A stretch of DNA of 64,000 bases. Source: Lama guanicoe (lineage: Eukaryota). The translations under genes and the position numbers were made by a program. Below the pieces are notes generated by a model. It saw only the letters and a program-made list of their open reading frames with translations, was not told the origin of the DNA and made no database searches. Where the stretch lies: NCBI GenBank assembly GCA_013239625.1, contig MU054197.1, positions 50,596 to 114,595 of the forward strand. Direction: 5' to 3'. Positions 39,601 through 53,760 of the stretch are shown here, piece after piece (position 1 is the stretch's first letter; the number at the start of each line of letters is the position of its first letter).

Positions 39601-41430
39601 CCTGGTTATCCAGTTTGTTTCCATGCAGTTGCTCATTTAATTCCCCTACGATATTTTGTAAATTTGTTGTACACTTTGTAGTTTCTCCATTTTCATTTCT
39701 TATATTATTTGTGTTCTTTCTCTTTTCTTGTTGGTGAGTCTGTCCAGAGATTAATCAATTTTATTTACTATTTCAAAAATAGTTTGATTGATTTTTTTTC
39801 TATTTTTTAATCTCTATTTCAATTCTTTCTTCTTTCTTCTTTAAATTTTCCCTCTATCTGCTGACTTTTGGTTTTGATTGCTCTTCTTTTCTTGATAAGT
39901 TTACATAGAACATTAGATTATTTACTTGAAATTGTTCTTCTACTTTGAGGAGGGCCTTGTCACTATGAACTTCCCTCTTAAGTCTGCTTTAACTGTATTC
40001 CTTAGACTTTGTGCAGTGTTTTGTCATATTTCTTAAGATATATTATAATTTCTTCTTTTACTTGATCAACCCCCCACTTGTGTTAGTACCATGTTTTTTA
40101 ATCTGGATGCTGACATTTCTCTCCCTGTTTTTCTGTGATTGATTTCTAGTTTCACGGTATTATACTCAGAAAAGATGCTTGAAATAATTTTCATCTTCTT
40201 TAATTTGTTGAGGCTTCTTCTGTGCCTGAGTTCATAATCTTTCCTAGAAAATGTACCATATGCACTGGAAAAGAATGTATATTCTGTTTTGGGTAGAAGT
40301 ATTGCTTTGAATGTATCAACCAACTCCAATTATTTAATTATGTCTATTAGTATCTTTGTTCCCTTGTTAATTTTCTGTGTGGAAGACCAGTCCAGTGATG
40401 GTAATGTGGTGTTATAGTCTCCTACTGTGATTGTGTTCCCAGTGATTTCTCTCTTATTATCTATTAGTATTTCCTTTATGTATTTAGGTGCTCCTACATT
40501 GAGTGCATATATCTTAATGAGTATAATACCCTCATTTAGTATTGCTCCTTTAATCATTATATATACCTTGTTTATCTTTGTCTATGTACTTTCTTGTATA
40601 GTCTCTTTTGTGTGAAGTCAGTACTACTAGTCCTGCTTTCTTGTTATGTACATTTGCATGGAATATATTCTTCCATCTTCTGACTTTCAATTGATATCTG
40701 TTCCTCTTTCTAAAGTAGGTCTCTTGTATGCTTCATAATGTAGGGTCTTGTTATATTATCCCACCTGACAATATATATCTTTTGATTGAACCACAATGTC
40801 CATTAACCATTGTGATAATTATTGATAGACTGGTGTTTATTTCCATTTTGAACTTCATTTTCCAGTTGATTTGGTATTTCCTTTTTGTTCATTTTTTTTT
40901 CTTTTTGTGGCTTTATAAGTTTTCTTTTATCTTGATTTCCTTTTGGCTTTGTGACTTCATTGTAAGATTTTGACTTATGTTTACATTGTTTTGTATTTAT
41001 ATTGACCCATACAATATCTGTTTATTTTAACTGATAAGAATACAAACTCTTACCCATTTTACAGAAAACAGAAAGAAGGAGAAAATACTCTGTATTGTCC
41101 TGTTTCACTCTCTGGCCCTTAAAAATTTTGATGTTCTGTTTTACAACATCATATTTATTCTGTTGTAAGTCATTATAGCTATTGCCTTTCTAATTATACT
41201 TTTCTCTTTTCTGTGGCATCCTGCTTCCTTTTAATTTAGAGTAGATCTTTCATTATTTCTTTTTCTCTTTCAAATTTCTTTTAGTATTTCCTTTTGTGAA
41301 AGTTATTTATCTCTCCTTCTATTCTAAAAGATTGCCTTCCTTGATAAAGTATCTTAGATTACAATTTTCTTTCACTCAAGACTTTGAATATGTCTTGCCA
41401 CTGCATTCTGCCTGCTGTATTTGTGTAGGA
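36695..41430 (-). mobile_element. LINE-1, 5'-truncated (copy B)
   Basis: Paralog of 1915-6630, with minus-strand endonuclease remnants at 40066-40557 (EYTFFSSAYGTFSRKD; GAPKYIKEIL). Confidence 0.93.
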
Positions 41431-43866
41431 AAGGAGTTTAAAAATATTATGTATATAATTATATATATATGTTAAGAACACCTAGAAATGAAGTTAACAA
41501 GTAAGGTGGAAACCTATACATTAAAAAACAGAAAATTTTGGTGAAGGAAATTAAAACTGATCCAAAGGAATGAAAAGATATCTTATGTTAATGTTGTGAA
41601 ACAATGTGGTTGAAACAAACATACTAACCAAAGGAATCTATATTTAGTGTGACTCATGTTAAAATACCTATGAGATTTTTCCATTAAGTAGAATAAATAA
41701 TTTCAAAATTTATATGCAACCACTAAGAACTTGAGTTGCCAATATAATCTTGAAAAAGAGTATTAAAATTAATGGTGTAAAGATCTCTGATGTTAAACAG
41801 TCCTACAAAGCTTTAGTAATTAAAACAACATGATACTGGCTCAGAAACAGACACCAATCTATAGAAGAGTATAGAGCAACCAGATATAATCCTTCACACC
41901 TATGATCAATTAACCCATGAAAATGGAAGCAAGAGTATAAAATGAAGTAAAGACATTCTCCTCAATAATTAGTGCTGGGGAGATTGAACATGTAAAAAAT
42001 TGATTAGAATATTTCCTCACATTGTATACAATCCATGAGCACAGAATAACTTTCTATTTATTTTGTTTACATATATTTCTTGCCCCTGTAATTTATACAT
42101 CTATGTTTAGTTCTTCTATTTCACTTAACATATTTATTAATATTTTATTCTTGTTGGTATAAATTCACACACAATTGTTTTCCTAATTTATCTTTCTGAT
42201 AATTTGTTGTTACTATATAAAAATGCAACATATCTATGCATATTGATTTTGTATTCTGCAAGTTTACTATGTTTGTTCATTGGTTCTAACAGTCACTGGA
42301 GGAGCCTATGGAGTTTTCTATCTATGCAGAATTATGTCATCTGTAAAAACTTTACTGCTTTTTTACAAGTTGGATGCCTTTTATATTTTTCTTGACTAGG
42401 TTTTCTGACTAGGACTTCTAGTAGGGTAATTTAGGACTTGTCAAAATGAGCTACTTTTTCTTATCAGTAAACCAGAGGAAAAGCTTCCTGTATGTTAACA
42501 TTGAACTTGATGTTAGTCATGGGTTTTTCATATAAGGCTTTTATTATGTTTAGTTACATTCTATCTAGAGCAAATTTGTAAAGAATATTTTTATAAAAAA
42601 TTAAGATCTGATCTGTCAATAATTTTCCTACATTTATTGAGATTGTTATTTTTAATTCTTTCTTTTTTAAGGGTGGTGTAACATATATTCATTTGTGTAT
42701 GTTAAATAATATTTATGAATGAGGGCTAAATCCAACTTAACTATACTTAATAATACTTATAATATGCCATGAATTCTGGTTGCTATTATTTATTTAGAAT
42801 GGAATTTACAGATAGTGAAGGAAAATTTTACATTATAGTTTGAGTGTATATTTATTTATTTAAAAATTTTATCACTCATTTTGAATTTGGCTTATAATTA
42901 ATGGAATTTATTTCTAAATAAAGAATATAAATTTTGGAAGAACTGGATTTACTACAGTTTACTGATACAGAACATAGCTATTATTTACAATTAGTACACA
43001 AAGCACTTCCCTTAAATTGCTGTATTATACTTACAATGCCAACTGTTTAAGGACTGGGAAACATATTGCTTCCTAAAATGCATTACCTGGTCTTTCCACG
43101 TCAACCAACATATACTGTTATTTCTTTGTTTTTTGATTCTTTGTCCTTTAATGGATTCAATGCTGATAGAATGCAGGACCTTGTCCATAACTGTATTTAT
43201 CAACATCATTTTGAAACACTTAACAGAATCCACAAGAAAATGGATTATAAAGATGACAAGAAAAATTTTTCCTTCTAGGGACTGAGAAACCTCTGAGTGA
43301 AAGAATGGCAAAAAATAAACATTTGTAAATATACAATAAGGTTGGCTCTTCTGTTATTTAGAGTAGAATATTAAATTACATTTATTACTAATACCTCTGA
43401 ATTATAGTTTAAAACAAAAATTGACCCATTTGGGATTCCTTACATTTGATTGTTTATTTTAATCTAATTTTATTTCATAAATATTTAACATTTATTTATA
43501 AACATACCAAATAAACTGATATTTATTCTTCTCATGTTTTGAATATAGAGTTACTTATTGTAATCTACACAGATAAATACGTACTTCCATTTCCAAATCA
43601 AATAATGTTTCACTTTAATTACAAATGATGATAAAATAGTTTTACATTTTCTGTACAGGTTTTACACAAATTTCACTTTAATTTCCATAACTTTAAAATT
43701 ATTTTATATATTTTGTACATTATTTATACTCTGTTCATGGATCTGATATAAATTTGTGTACAAAAGTATGGAGATTGGATTTATTTCATAGACCCCAAAA
43801 TTAAATTATTTAAAAAGATATTGTATGGATAATTTAGGAAAGAAGCTGTAGAAAGAGTTATTTGAG

Positions 43867-45544
43867 GTGGCACATATTTCTTCAGAAATACAGGATGTGT
43901 CTAGTAAATATAAGCCAACAGGTTCAGAAAACTCTGGTAAATCTCTATTGTGTGATCAATCATTCTCTGGGGACTTGGACTTGAGGTCTATGATTGAAGA
44001 AAATGCTTTTCAGACTTTGTCTGAAGAATCCTTGGTAAAAACACCATGTTACACATTTTGTGTCTCTGAACCAGATGAAGATAATGATTTTCGTTCACTG
44101 AGATTTACAAAAAACACTGGAAAATGGCTGGGAATGACCAATTTAAATCCATCTGGTGGGATGATAATGGAACTTCCATAGTGATTGATGAAGATGTCTT
44201 TAAGAAGGAATTTTTGGAAATGAAGTCCCCTTTCAGAATATTTGGAACTGGAAGTATGAAAAGTTTAGTTAGACAGCTTAATTTTTATGGGTTTAGTAAA
44301 GTGCAGCAGAATTTTCAAAGGTCTGCTTGTCTAGCTGACTTTCTGGCAGAAGCAAAAGAAGTCTCTGTTTTAAGCAAGTTATTCGGAAATTTTTGTTACC
44401 AATTGGTAACTTATATATAAAATTTTATTTTATACATCAATCTTTGGTAATATGAATGTAAAGCTGGATTTTGAAAATTGTATAAAACTACTAGTGTTTA
44501 AATCCATTATTTTTTTCTGAATAAAGAGGACAGTGCCTTAAGTAGTCAAGATTATGAGAAACTTTGCTTGCAACTATGAATCTTACCAGAAATCTAAATA
44601 AAGGTAGAAAAGCTGCTTTTAAAAAGTGGAATTCACCATTACTGCAAATGCTAACTCCTAAAATTTCATGAGTATAATATTTAAATATGCATTTTCCAAA
44701 TAAGGAACTTCAAAATATCGTCAGCAATGTTCATATTTTGATGATATTATCTTTGCATAGTAAACGTGAAATCTGAGGTTTTATAGGTTAGGCTTATTGT
44801 AGCCTTCTATTTTGGATAAAAATTACTAAAATCTTTCTCCTTTGGTTGTAGCTGCACTTCTATCATAATCCAAATTTTAAACGAGCCTGTCCCCAGCTTT
44901 TAGTGAGAATAAAAAGAAGAGTTGAGATTAAAAATGCCTCTCTGTTATCTTCATTGGCTGTAGTTTCCAAAAAGAAGCACTTTAAAGCAGGGTGTAATGT
45001 GGATAATAATAATTCTATTTTTCTGGCTGACACTAGTGGAGAATGTGCATTTTTACTTTCTACAAATTTAAACATGCCTCTAATAAGAAAGCCCTCAACT
45101 AGCCACATAATATGTGATATAAATAACCCAATCAGAGGTGATTTTTCTCCTCCATCATCAATGTCAGTAAGACCACCAGAACAAATTGTAGAGGATCAAC
45201 GTGCTATTTTAAATCAGTTGACCACTGTCAACGGGCACTCTCAAAGCAGCTACACGGAAGCAAATGGCCGTGTTTTGAACTTCATTACAACTACAGCTTC
45301 TACTTCTCAGTACAGGATCTTGTCTCCCATACTGAGCAATTATAATGGACTGATGGTGGAGCCTTCAAATTTTCCAAATAGATATCACAACATATCTGCA
45401 GATGAAGGTCATTTTTCGAAAGTTCAACAAGGGAGCAACCCACGGTTTACAGTGCCAGTGATATCTGATACATCAGCTACCTTTCTTTCAACGACAATTC
45501 ATCAGCCATCTTCAGTTTATGAACGTCATCCCAATTACAAATGA
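43867..45544 (+). pseudogene. HSFY: HSFY pseudogene copy B; exon 1 43867-44378, intron 44379-44851, exon 2 44852-45544
   Basis: MAHISSEIQDVS N-terminus and HSF domain (DQFKSIWWDDNGTSIVIDE...KSLVRQLNFYGFSK; FYHNPNFKR). Lesions: ATG>GTG at 43867, 1-bp deletion near 44110, donor AAG|GT>AAG|TT at 44379. Exon 2 is open for 230 codons. Confidence 0.95.
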
Positions 45545-45637
45545 TCTACCAGATGACTACCAGTTTATGCAGAATAACAAAGATTAAAACTGATGTTGGC
45601 AAATATCAACAAATATCTGCAAATTTCTTATTTGAAC

Positions 45638-45643
45638 AATAAA
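45638..45643 (+). terminator. Probable HSFY polyadenylation signal (copy B)
   Basis: AATAAA at the position homologous to 11071-11076. Confidence 0.65.
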
Positions 45644-48443
45644 CATAGTTGTGTACCACTATTTTCTTTACTTTATTTTTAAATAGAATTAAGAGTTAAA
45701 AGGGAGACTAAGTTACCATTTAAAGAAAAAAGAGATATTTTATTGATATGATCATTTGATGGAAAAATATGATAGTAAATTTAAATAATTTCTTGTAAGG
45801 AAGATGAGAAAAATGGAGAATTTGGAAAAAGACTGAAACATGGAGAGAGGGAAAAGTACTTAGTGGTTTCTGGTTCATCCGGGAAAGTGTTAAAAGTGTT
45901 AAGTTAGGATAGGTTGGAACAGGAGATAAATGCAGGAACCTGCCCAGGGATCATGGTCTCTATAATGTCATCCCTGGAATCATAAATGTCACATGATATA
46001 GTCTCAGATGGCACATTCATCATGTGGTAGAATATAAGAAGTAATTATATCTATGGTCTTCTTTGTGCTGTTCTCAAAGCATTCTAATTGGTGCTTTCAA
46101 TTCCTACCCTCAAGTGCCTACGCTATATTTTCTAGTCAATAGTTTCTGTTGCTTTAATGTTCCAGCCAAAGACAAGCTTACGTCCTCAGGGTGTCTCTTA
46201 ATTCCTTTCCAAATCTAAGACCACAACTCAACTTAGTTTAGTCATTTCTTTATAAATCTGGCATCTGACTACCTTGGCATATCTTTATGTTTCACTGTAT
46301 CTGGATATCCATGCAGGCAAATGCTTGTCATCTATTTTAGCTGCAACCTCACCACATTTCAACAACTCATCCTTCGACTTTGGGTGTCCTCCTTTTACCT
46401 ACTTAGAATTTTTCTGTCTATTCTCCTTTCCCTGTCTAACATGGATACCTGGACACTAAGCACAGCACATGCCACAGGATGCATTTTAGTATTTAGTGAA
46501 TGAAAAATATATGTTGACTTAAAGCAAAATCTTCTTTCCTGAAACAACAAAACTCTCATGGATTTCAAACTATTTTGTTATGTTCTTTACTCTTTGCCAC
46601 AAACTAGCTGTTTTCATAGCCCAAGGACTAGTCACTCAAGATAGCAAATAGAAGTAGGTAAGGAGACAAATTATTATTTTCTTCTTTAATCCTGACTCCA
46701 GAGGCCTAAAGCATTCCATTCTAATTTGCTGGAATTTTTCCTGTCTCTTCAGCACCCATCCACCCCAAATTGTCTGATTCTCTTCCACATTCCAATAAAT
46801 CTACTGCCTTCTAATTAATTTACTTCTTACAATCAGAGATTTGTCCAGAAGAGACATTGCCATTGCAAGTATTTAATTTAGGTTTATACACCCCACATAA
46901 CTTGCACCGATTCTAACATTCACACAGTAAGTATCTAAGAGGTATTAACCCCTTGGATGAGGTGGTCATATTCAGTAACCAAATTGCAGTCTAAAATGTG
47001 TGGACTACTAGGAGGTAAGGATGGTAGAATTAAAAATTTGTACAACTTCAAGAATACCAAATTTCTGCAGATACTAGGAAATATAAAATATCCATGGAAG
47101 ACTTTGACTATTTCCCATTAATTTAAAATAAAAGGTGAAGCATTTTCAGAATGTGAAATGCCAAGATATGCTGGAAAATTGTAGGCAAGGTCAGGGAGCA
47201 TAAGGCTTCTTCTCACAATGATGCAGCCAGTGTCATCTGATAAGACTGAAATGGCAACATTGAGTCCTGAAACAGTGTCATCAGTTGTGAAGAAACCCTT
47301 TGATAATCTGGAGAACTTGAAAATACGCCAAGGTAATCTCTAGCAACATCCCACCAATATGACCTTTACCAAGAGAAGAAAAGAGCCCACTTGCAGCTGG
47401 AGAACTCTGTCTGGACAGCAGTGGCTGTTCCTACAACAGGAACATCAAGCTTCTTAGTTTGTCAACACAACTCTAATGGTGGCAAAGTTGTTGCTTACAT
47501 TAGCAGTCAAGGGTTCAAATGGGCTGGTTTAGCAGCTAGTTACCAGCTCTCTTATCAGACAGTGTGTCTTACCGTGATCATCTTAACAAGGTTCTATACT
47601 GATAAGTCAAAAGCTGCAGTTTAATTTCCAAATTAGAAATTCTAAGGAAGAATATTATTTGTCCATCGGTAATTTTCTACCAGGGTAAAGCTAGACTATT
47701 TGCAAAAGTACAAAAGTTGGCTCGTGTTTGAAAACTATACTCTGAGCTCTGTCCACTGAATTCTTCCCACTAAATACTACAATTCTGTCTACTACTGTGT
47801 GTGTATGAAGATGGATTGTTAAACAGTAACTAAGTTTGTCTTAGTTGAGTCATCCGTGAATTTTTCCTCTGCATCTGGCAGAATCTCTGTGAAATAAGAG
47901 ATTCATTGAACCACCAGGTTTTCTTCAGATCAGGGAGAGAGAGATTATATTTTTTCCAGTATTCTAATTGTTATCTGTTCATTGAATCCCGAGCTGATAC
48001 TAGGGCCAAGCCACTGAACCCTTGAATTGGACTGAGGCATATACATTTTCCAGTCCCCAGAGCACAGCACAGGACTGTGTCTCCTTTTTAATTTAAGCTT
48101 ATGTCTAATTTTTTTCTCTTATTTTCATTGTTGACACAATTTATTTTGTCTTTGAACACTCATTGACTAATTTATAGACTGAACCACTTAGAAATTGCAA
48201 TAACCTTTCTTTCCTATGACTACCTGGAATAGAGTGAGCGTAGTCATAATTTTGAAAGCAGTTCTCTGTCCTAATAATGCAGAAACTTTACACTTCTTTG
48301 CCCAGCACTTGAGCAAGAATTATTGTTTTGGATCTCAGGGATTATCCTCACATCCCCTAATGCAACCATGAGAAAACACCACATTGTTTTCCAAAATGTA
48401 GTCTTTGTCAGTATTGCATTCCCATTGCAAAACAGTTAAGAAT

Positions 48444-48830
48444 TGTAGGAGTTCTGAGATTTTACCATGCTGAGATTTTTAGCAACCTTGCATATTCATT
48501 TCCTACAGATGATATCAGGGAGAGGAGACCCCCTCACAGACAGTGAACTCTGTCACTCAGAGCGAGAGCAACCAGGGTTAAATTTGAATCCATTCCCCAA
48601 TCTCAGATGAATACACAGAGTGAAATTTTGATGCCTGCAAATGAGTGGGTTGTTAACATGAAGAAGATTTAAGGCATAGTAAAGCACTAATTTTATTATT
48701 ATCTTTATGCATAACTTATTAGAATCACTTATTTATTATTATCTTTACCTATGATAAGTATATCATGACTCAAGTTTACTTACTGCAAAAACAATCATGA
48801 GAAAAGACATGGGAAAAAATGACCATTGAA
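48444..48830 (-). mobile_element. MER76-like ERVL LTR (copy B)
   Basis: Paralog of 13930-14315. Confidence 0.55.
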
Positions 48831-48844
48831 TTTCCATTTTTCCT

Positions 48845-51800
48845 TCCGCTTTTATTGAGATATAATTAGCATAAAACATTGTGTAAGTTTAGGTCACAGG
48901 ATAGTGATTTGATTTATAAGTATCATGAAATAAATATCACAGCTTCTTTAGGGAGAATTCATTATCTCATTTAGATACAATTTTAAAGAAATAAAATTTG
49001 TCTTTTTGTTCTGATGAGAAATCATATGGTCTACTCTCTTAACAACGTTCATATAGAACATAAAGCAGTATTAATTGTAATTTTCATGTTACTATGATTC
49101 ATCCCTAGAACACGTTTATTTTTTGGCTGGTGGTGTGTAGCATTTGAGTGCATGAATCAATTTCTCCTTTCCCAACNNNNNNNNNNNNNNNNNNNNNNNN
49201 NNNNNNNNNNNNNNNNNNNNNNNNNNNNNNNNNNNNNNNNNNNNNNNNNNNNNNNNNNNNNNNNNNNNNNNNNNNNNNNNNNNNNNNNNNNNNNNNNNNN
49301 NNNNNNNNNNNNNNNNNNNNNNNNNNNNNNNNNNNNNNNNNNNNNNNNNNNNNNNNNNNNNNNNNNNNNNNNNNNNNNNNNNNNNNNNNNNNNNNNNNNN
49401 NNNNNNNTCATTTAATTCTGGAAAATTTTCTCTCTTAATTATACTCAACTATTTCTTTTTCTTCACCACATTTCCCTCCTTCTTGTGAGCAACCTGTTTC
49501 TTTCTATATCTATATCTCCATTTCTGTTTTGTTATGTTCATTTGTTTTAAATTCCAAATATGTGTAAAATCATTCAGCATTTGTCATTCTCTCTCTGACT
49601 TATTTCAGTTAGCGTATTACCCTCTTAGTCTACCCATTTATTGCAAATGACAAGAACTTATTCTTTTTAGAGCTAAGTAATAACCCACTAAATTATATAG
49701 ATAAATTAATATATATATTTAGTGTGTTTATATATTATATATATATATATAAATCTCTAGTTAATAGATGGGTTGATATATATACTATAAGCATACATCT
49801 TCTTTACCCATCATCTATTGATGAGCAATTAATTTTCTTCTATATCCTGGCTATTGTAAATAATGCCACAGTGAATATAGGTTTGAATTTTTCTTTCCTG
49901 ATTAGTGTTTTTATTTTCTTGCAATAAGTATCCAGATATTGAAATGTTGGATCATATTTCATTTTTAATTTTTAGATAAAATTCCATACTGTTTTCCACA
50001 GTGGCAGCACAAATTTACATTCACTCAAGTAGTGAATCAGGGTGCTTTTCCTTACATGCTCACCAAAACTTATATTTTTATCTTTTTGATAATAGTCATT
50101 CTGACAGGACTGACATAAAATCTCATTGTGTTATGGGCTTGCATTTTTCAGATGGTTAGTTATATTTACTGATTTCATGTGCCTGTTTGTTTCTTTCCCC
50201 CCACTGAATATTCATTTTTAAAATGGTCTAAATGACCGTAACTGTCTGATTTCACTTTTAGGCATTGTGTTGTGTTCCTTTATTCTGTTTCTTCCGTGCC
50301 ACTACCATATTCTTTTTAGTACTGTTGCTTTGTATTATAGATTAAAAATAGGGACAGTGATACATCCTCTTTGTACTATGTCAAAGTTGTTTGTGTTTTT
50401 AGTTTGGTTGTTCTCTTTCCTTTTCTTTTTTTTGTGATTTCAACTCTTTTGTGTTTAAATGTAAATTCAAGAATTATTTATTTTAAGTGTCTGAAAATGC
50501 CCTTGGTATTTTAAAAGGCTCTTAATTTAATTTGTGTAATTTCTTGTCTAGTACTGTCATTTAAACAATATTTTTTCCTAATCTATTAATAGAGTATATC
50601 CTTTCATCTGTTTGCATTATGTTCAATTTGTGTTATAAATATTTTATAGGTTTCTGAGAATAGATCCTTTACCTCCTTGGATGGATACATTCCTTGATTT
50701 TTTTTGTAATGTAACTCTAAATGATACAGTACCGTTACTTCCTCTATCTGTTAGCTTGTTGTTAGTTTGTAGAAATGCAAGATTTCTGTATGTTAATTTT
50801 GCATTCTGAAATTTTACCAAATGCATTGATAAGCCCTCATAGTATTGTGGCATCTTCTTTAGGATTTCTGTTTAAAGTATTTCATCTGCAAACAGATTCT
50901 TTTGCTCCTTTTCTGAAATAGCTAATTTTATATACTTTTATTTTGGATAGCTATGGCTAGAATTTCCAATACGATACTAAATAAAAGTGGTAAGAGTGAG
51001 CATTCTTGTCTTCCTCCTGCTCTTAAAGGAGATTCTTTCAGCTTTTAATCAGTGAGTGTCATGTTAGATGAATTCTTATCATATATGACCTTAACTGTGT
51101 TGAAGTATGTTTCCTTATGCCCACTTTGAGGAGAAATATAATCTTAAATAGATACTGAATATGTCACAATATTTTATGACTCTTTCTAGGTGACCATGTA
51201 ATATTTATTTTTCAAATTGTTAGTGTGGTGTATCATATTAATTAATATCTGGGTAATGAATTACTTTTGTATGCCTGGAAGGAAATGGACTAAATCATAT
51301 TGTATAAACCTTTTAATGTATTGTTTGCTTTGCTAACATTTTAGTGATATAAGTGTGATACAGATAGGTGGGGTAGGAATCCTTCCTTCCTCTTCAAAAT
51401 TTTGGAATTCTCTGAGATGTATTTTTGATTGCTCTTCTCTAAATGTTTGGCAGGGGTCAACTGTGAAGCTGACTAGGGCTGGAATTTTGTTTCATGGGAG
51501 ATTTTATTTAATTACTTATTCAATTTCTTTAGTGACAATCTGTTCATATTTTCTATTTCTCATTCCATCCTGGACATTTAGTGTTTGTAAGACATTGTCC
51601 ATTTCTTCTAGTTTATCCATTTTTATTGGCATATAATTTGTTGTGTCTTCTTTGTGATGCTTTGTGTTATTTTGATATAAGCTGAAACTTCTCATTTATT
51701 TTGGAGCTTATTAATCTGTACTCTCTAATTTGCTCATGAGTCTAGTTAAAGTTTATCAATTTTATTTTTCTTTCAAAAGGCATTATTTAGTTTGATAAGA

Positions 51801-53760
51801 TGTTTCTCTTTTTAATCTTTATTTTATTAATTTATGTTCTGACCTTTCAGCTGTCTTTCCTTCTAATTACTAGTTTGTTTATTATTTTGCTAAATCTTTT
51901 GTTTGTAAGAATATGTTATTTAAGAGAGATGTTTCTTTTTTATATAAGTGGGATTATTTTGCTATAAGCATCCTTATTAATACTCCTTTGGCTATACCCC
52001 ATGGACTTTGTTTTTGTAGTCATATTTCTTTATATATTTTTCTTTGATTTATACAGCAATCCATTTGCTGTTTAATATTGTATGATTTATCCTCCACACT
52101 TTACTATTTTTCCCAGGTTTCTATTTTTAGTAAATTTCTATTCTCACAGAATCCATAAGTTTCTTCACAAAACAAGGAGAAAAATACTAAAATTTATACA
52201 AAAATATGAAATGCACACATTTTCTAAAATTATCTTTCAAAAATGAACAAAGTTGTGGGAATTATCCTCCCAGACTTTATAACATACTACAATACTACAG
52301 TAATGAATACATCAAAATATTGCACTAAAAGAAACACATACATCAATGGAACAAAATAAAGAGTCCTAAAATCAACCCACACACATATGGTCAATTAGTC
52401 TACAATGAAGGAGGCAAGAGTATACAATGGAAAAAGGCAGTCTCTTCAACAAGTAGTTCTGGGAAAACTGGACAGTACATGTAAAATGAAGGTGTAAGAG
52501 CACTTCCTTCCATAATATATAAAATAAGATAAAAATGGATTAATTTCCTAAATGGAAAGCCTGAAACTATACAATTTCTGACCAAGAACAGGAGCAAAAC
52601 TGACTTTGAGATAAATCAAGGCAAAATTTATTTTTGATCTACCTCCTAAGTAGAAAAAAAGGAAAACTAAAAATAACAATTTTTAGTTTACTGAGGAAGC
52701 AATAGATGTACTATGTGTTATTGAGATTCCACTTCTTGTATAAGTGTGAAGTGCAAAACCTTTTGCAGAGCAAATGAAAGCTTCAGCAAGACTTATGACA
52801 GCACACAGAATAGAATGAAGAATTTCAGACAATTAAACCAACATTTTGTTACTATCTTTTATATATATGTAGCATATCAGACTCAATATTTAAAAAGAAA
52901 GGCCACAAGTTAAAAACAGTTTAAGGATTTTCATGGAAACTTTTCAAAAAGACACATGTGGATGATTTTCATGCACAAAAATAGAAACATAACGTTGTTA
53001 TTCATTAGGAAACTGTAAATCAAAACCAGGATGAAATATAATATCACAGCAACCAAAATGGTTGTTAAAAAAATTCTTCAAATGGCAAACATTAATAAGA
53101 AAGTCGATAAGAGGGAATCCAGGTACAATTTTGGTGGAAATATAAATTGATGCATCCACTTTAAAAAATGTATGGAGAGTGCCCAGAAAATTTGTAATAG
53201 AAACATTATTTCTTGCAACTATTCAAGTTCTGGTACAAATCTGAAAAAAATGAAAACATTAAATTTAAAGGATATATTATACTCAATTTTCTTAACAACA
53301 TCATTTATAATAGCCAAGGATAGATGCACAACTCAAATGCCCATCAACGGATGATTGGCTGAAGTAGATGTGAAATATAGATAACATAATAAATACTTAG
53401 TCATTGTCATATCAAAAAATAAAATTCTGCCTTTCAGAGCAATGAGACTGGACCCAGACAGTGTTACACATAGGAAAATAAGTCATACGGAGAAAAACAC
53501 TCTACGTTATCATTTACATGAGGAAACTAAAGATATAAGAGAAATAATCATAAAAAATAGAAACAGAATCACATATATATGTGTAGTGTACCAAGTAGTG
53601 GTATCATGTGGGGACAGGGAAGAAGGATGGAGAAGACAGAAATGTGCAAGCTACTAGTTATAAATTAGAGAAGCAACAGGGCTGTATTTACAGCATAGAA
53701 ATATATTTTAATATATTAAATGACTTTAAAGAGATTATAGTCATATACTATAGTAAAATG
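48845..53760. mobile_element. Old LINE-1 elements (- to ~52150, then +), copy B
   Basis: Paralogs of 14335-17710 and 17715-19320. Confidence 0.85.

Noticed and set aside
43240..43265. MDYKDDKK FLAG-tag-like peptide in ORF 43066-43278
   Set aside because: Not the full DYKDDDDK, and the same sequence is present in the diverged paralog (~8456-8477), so it is native and coincidental.
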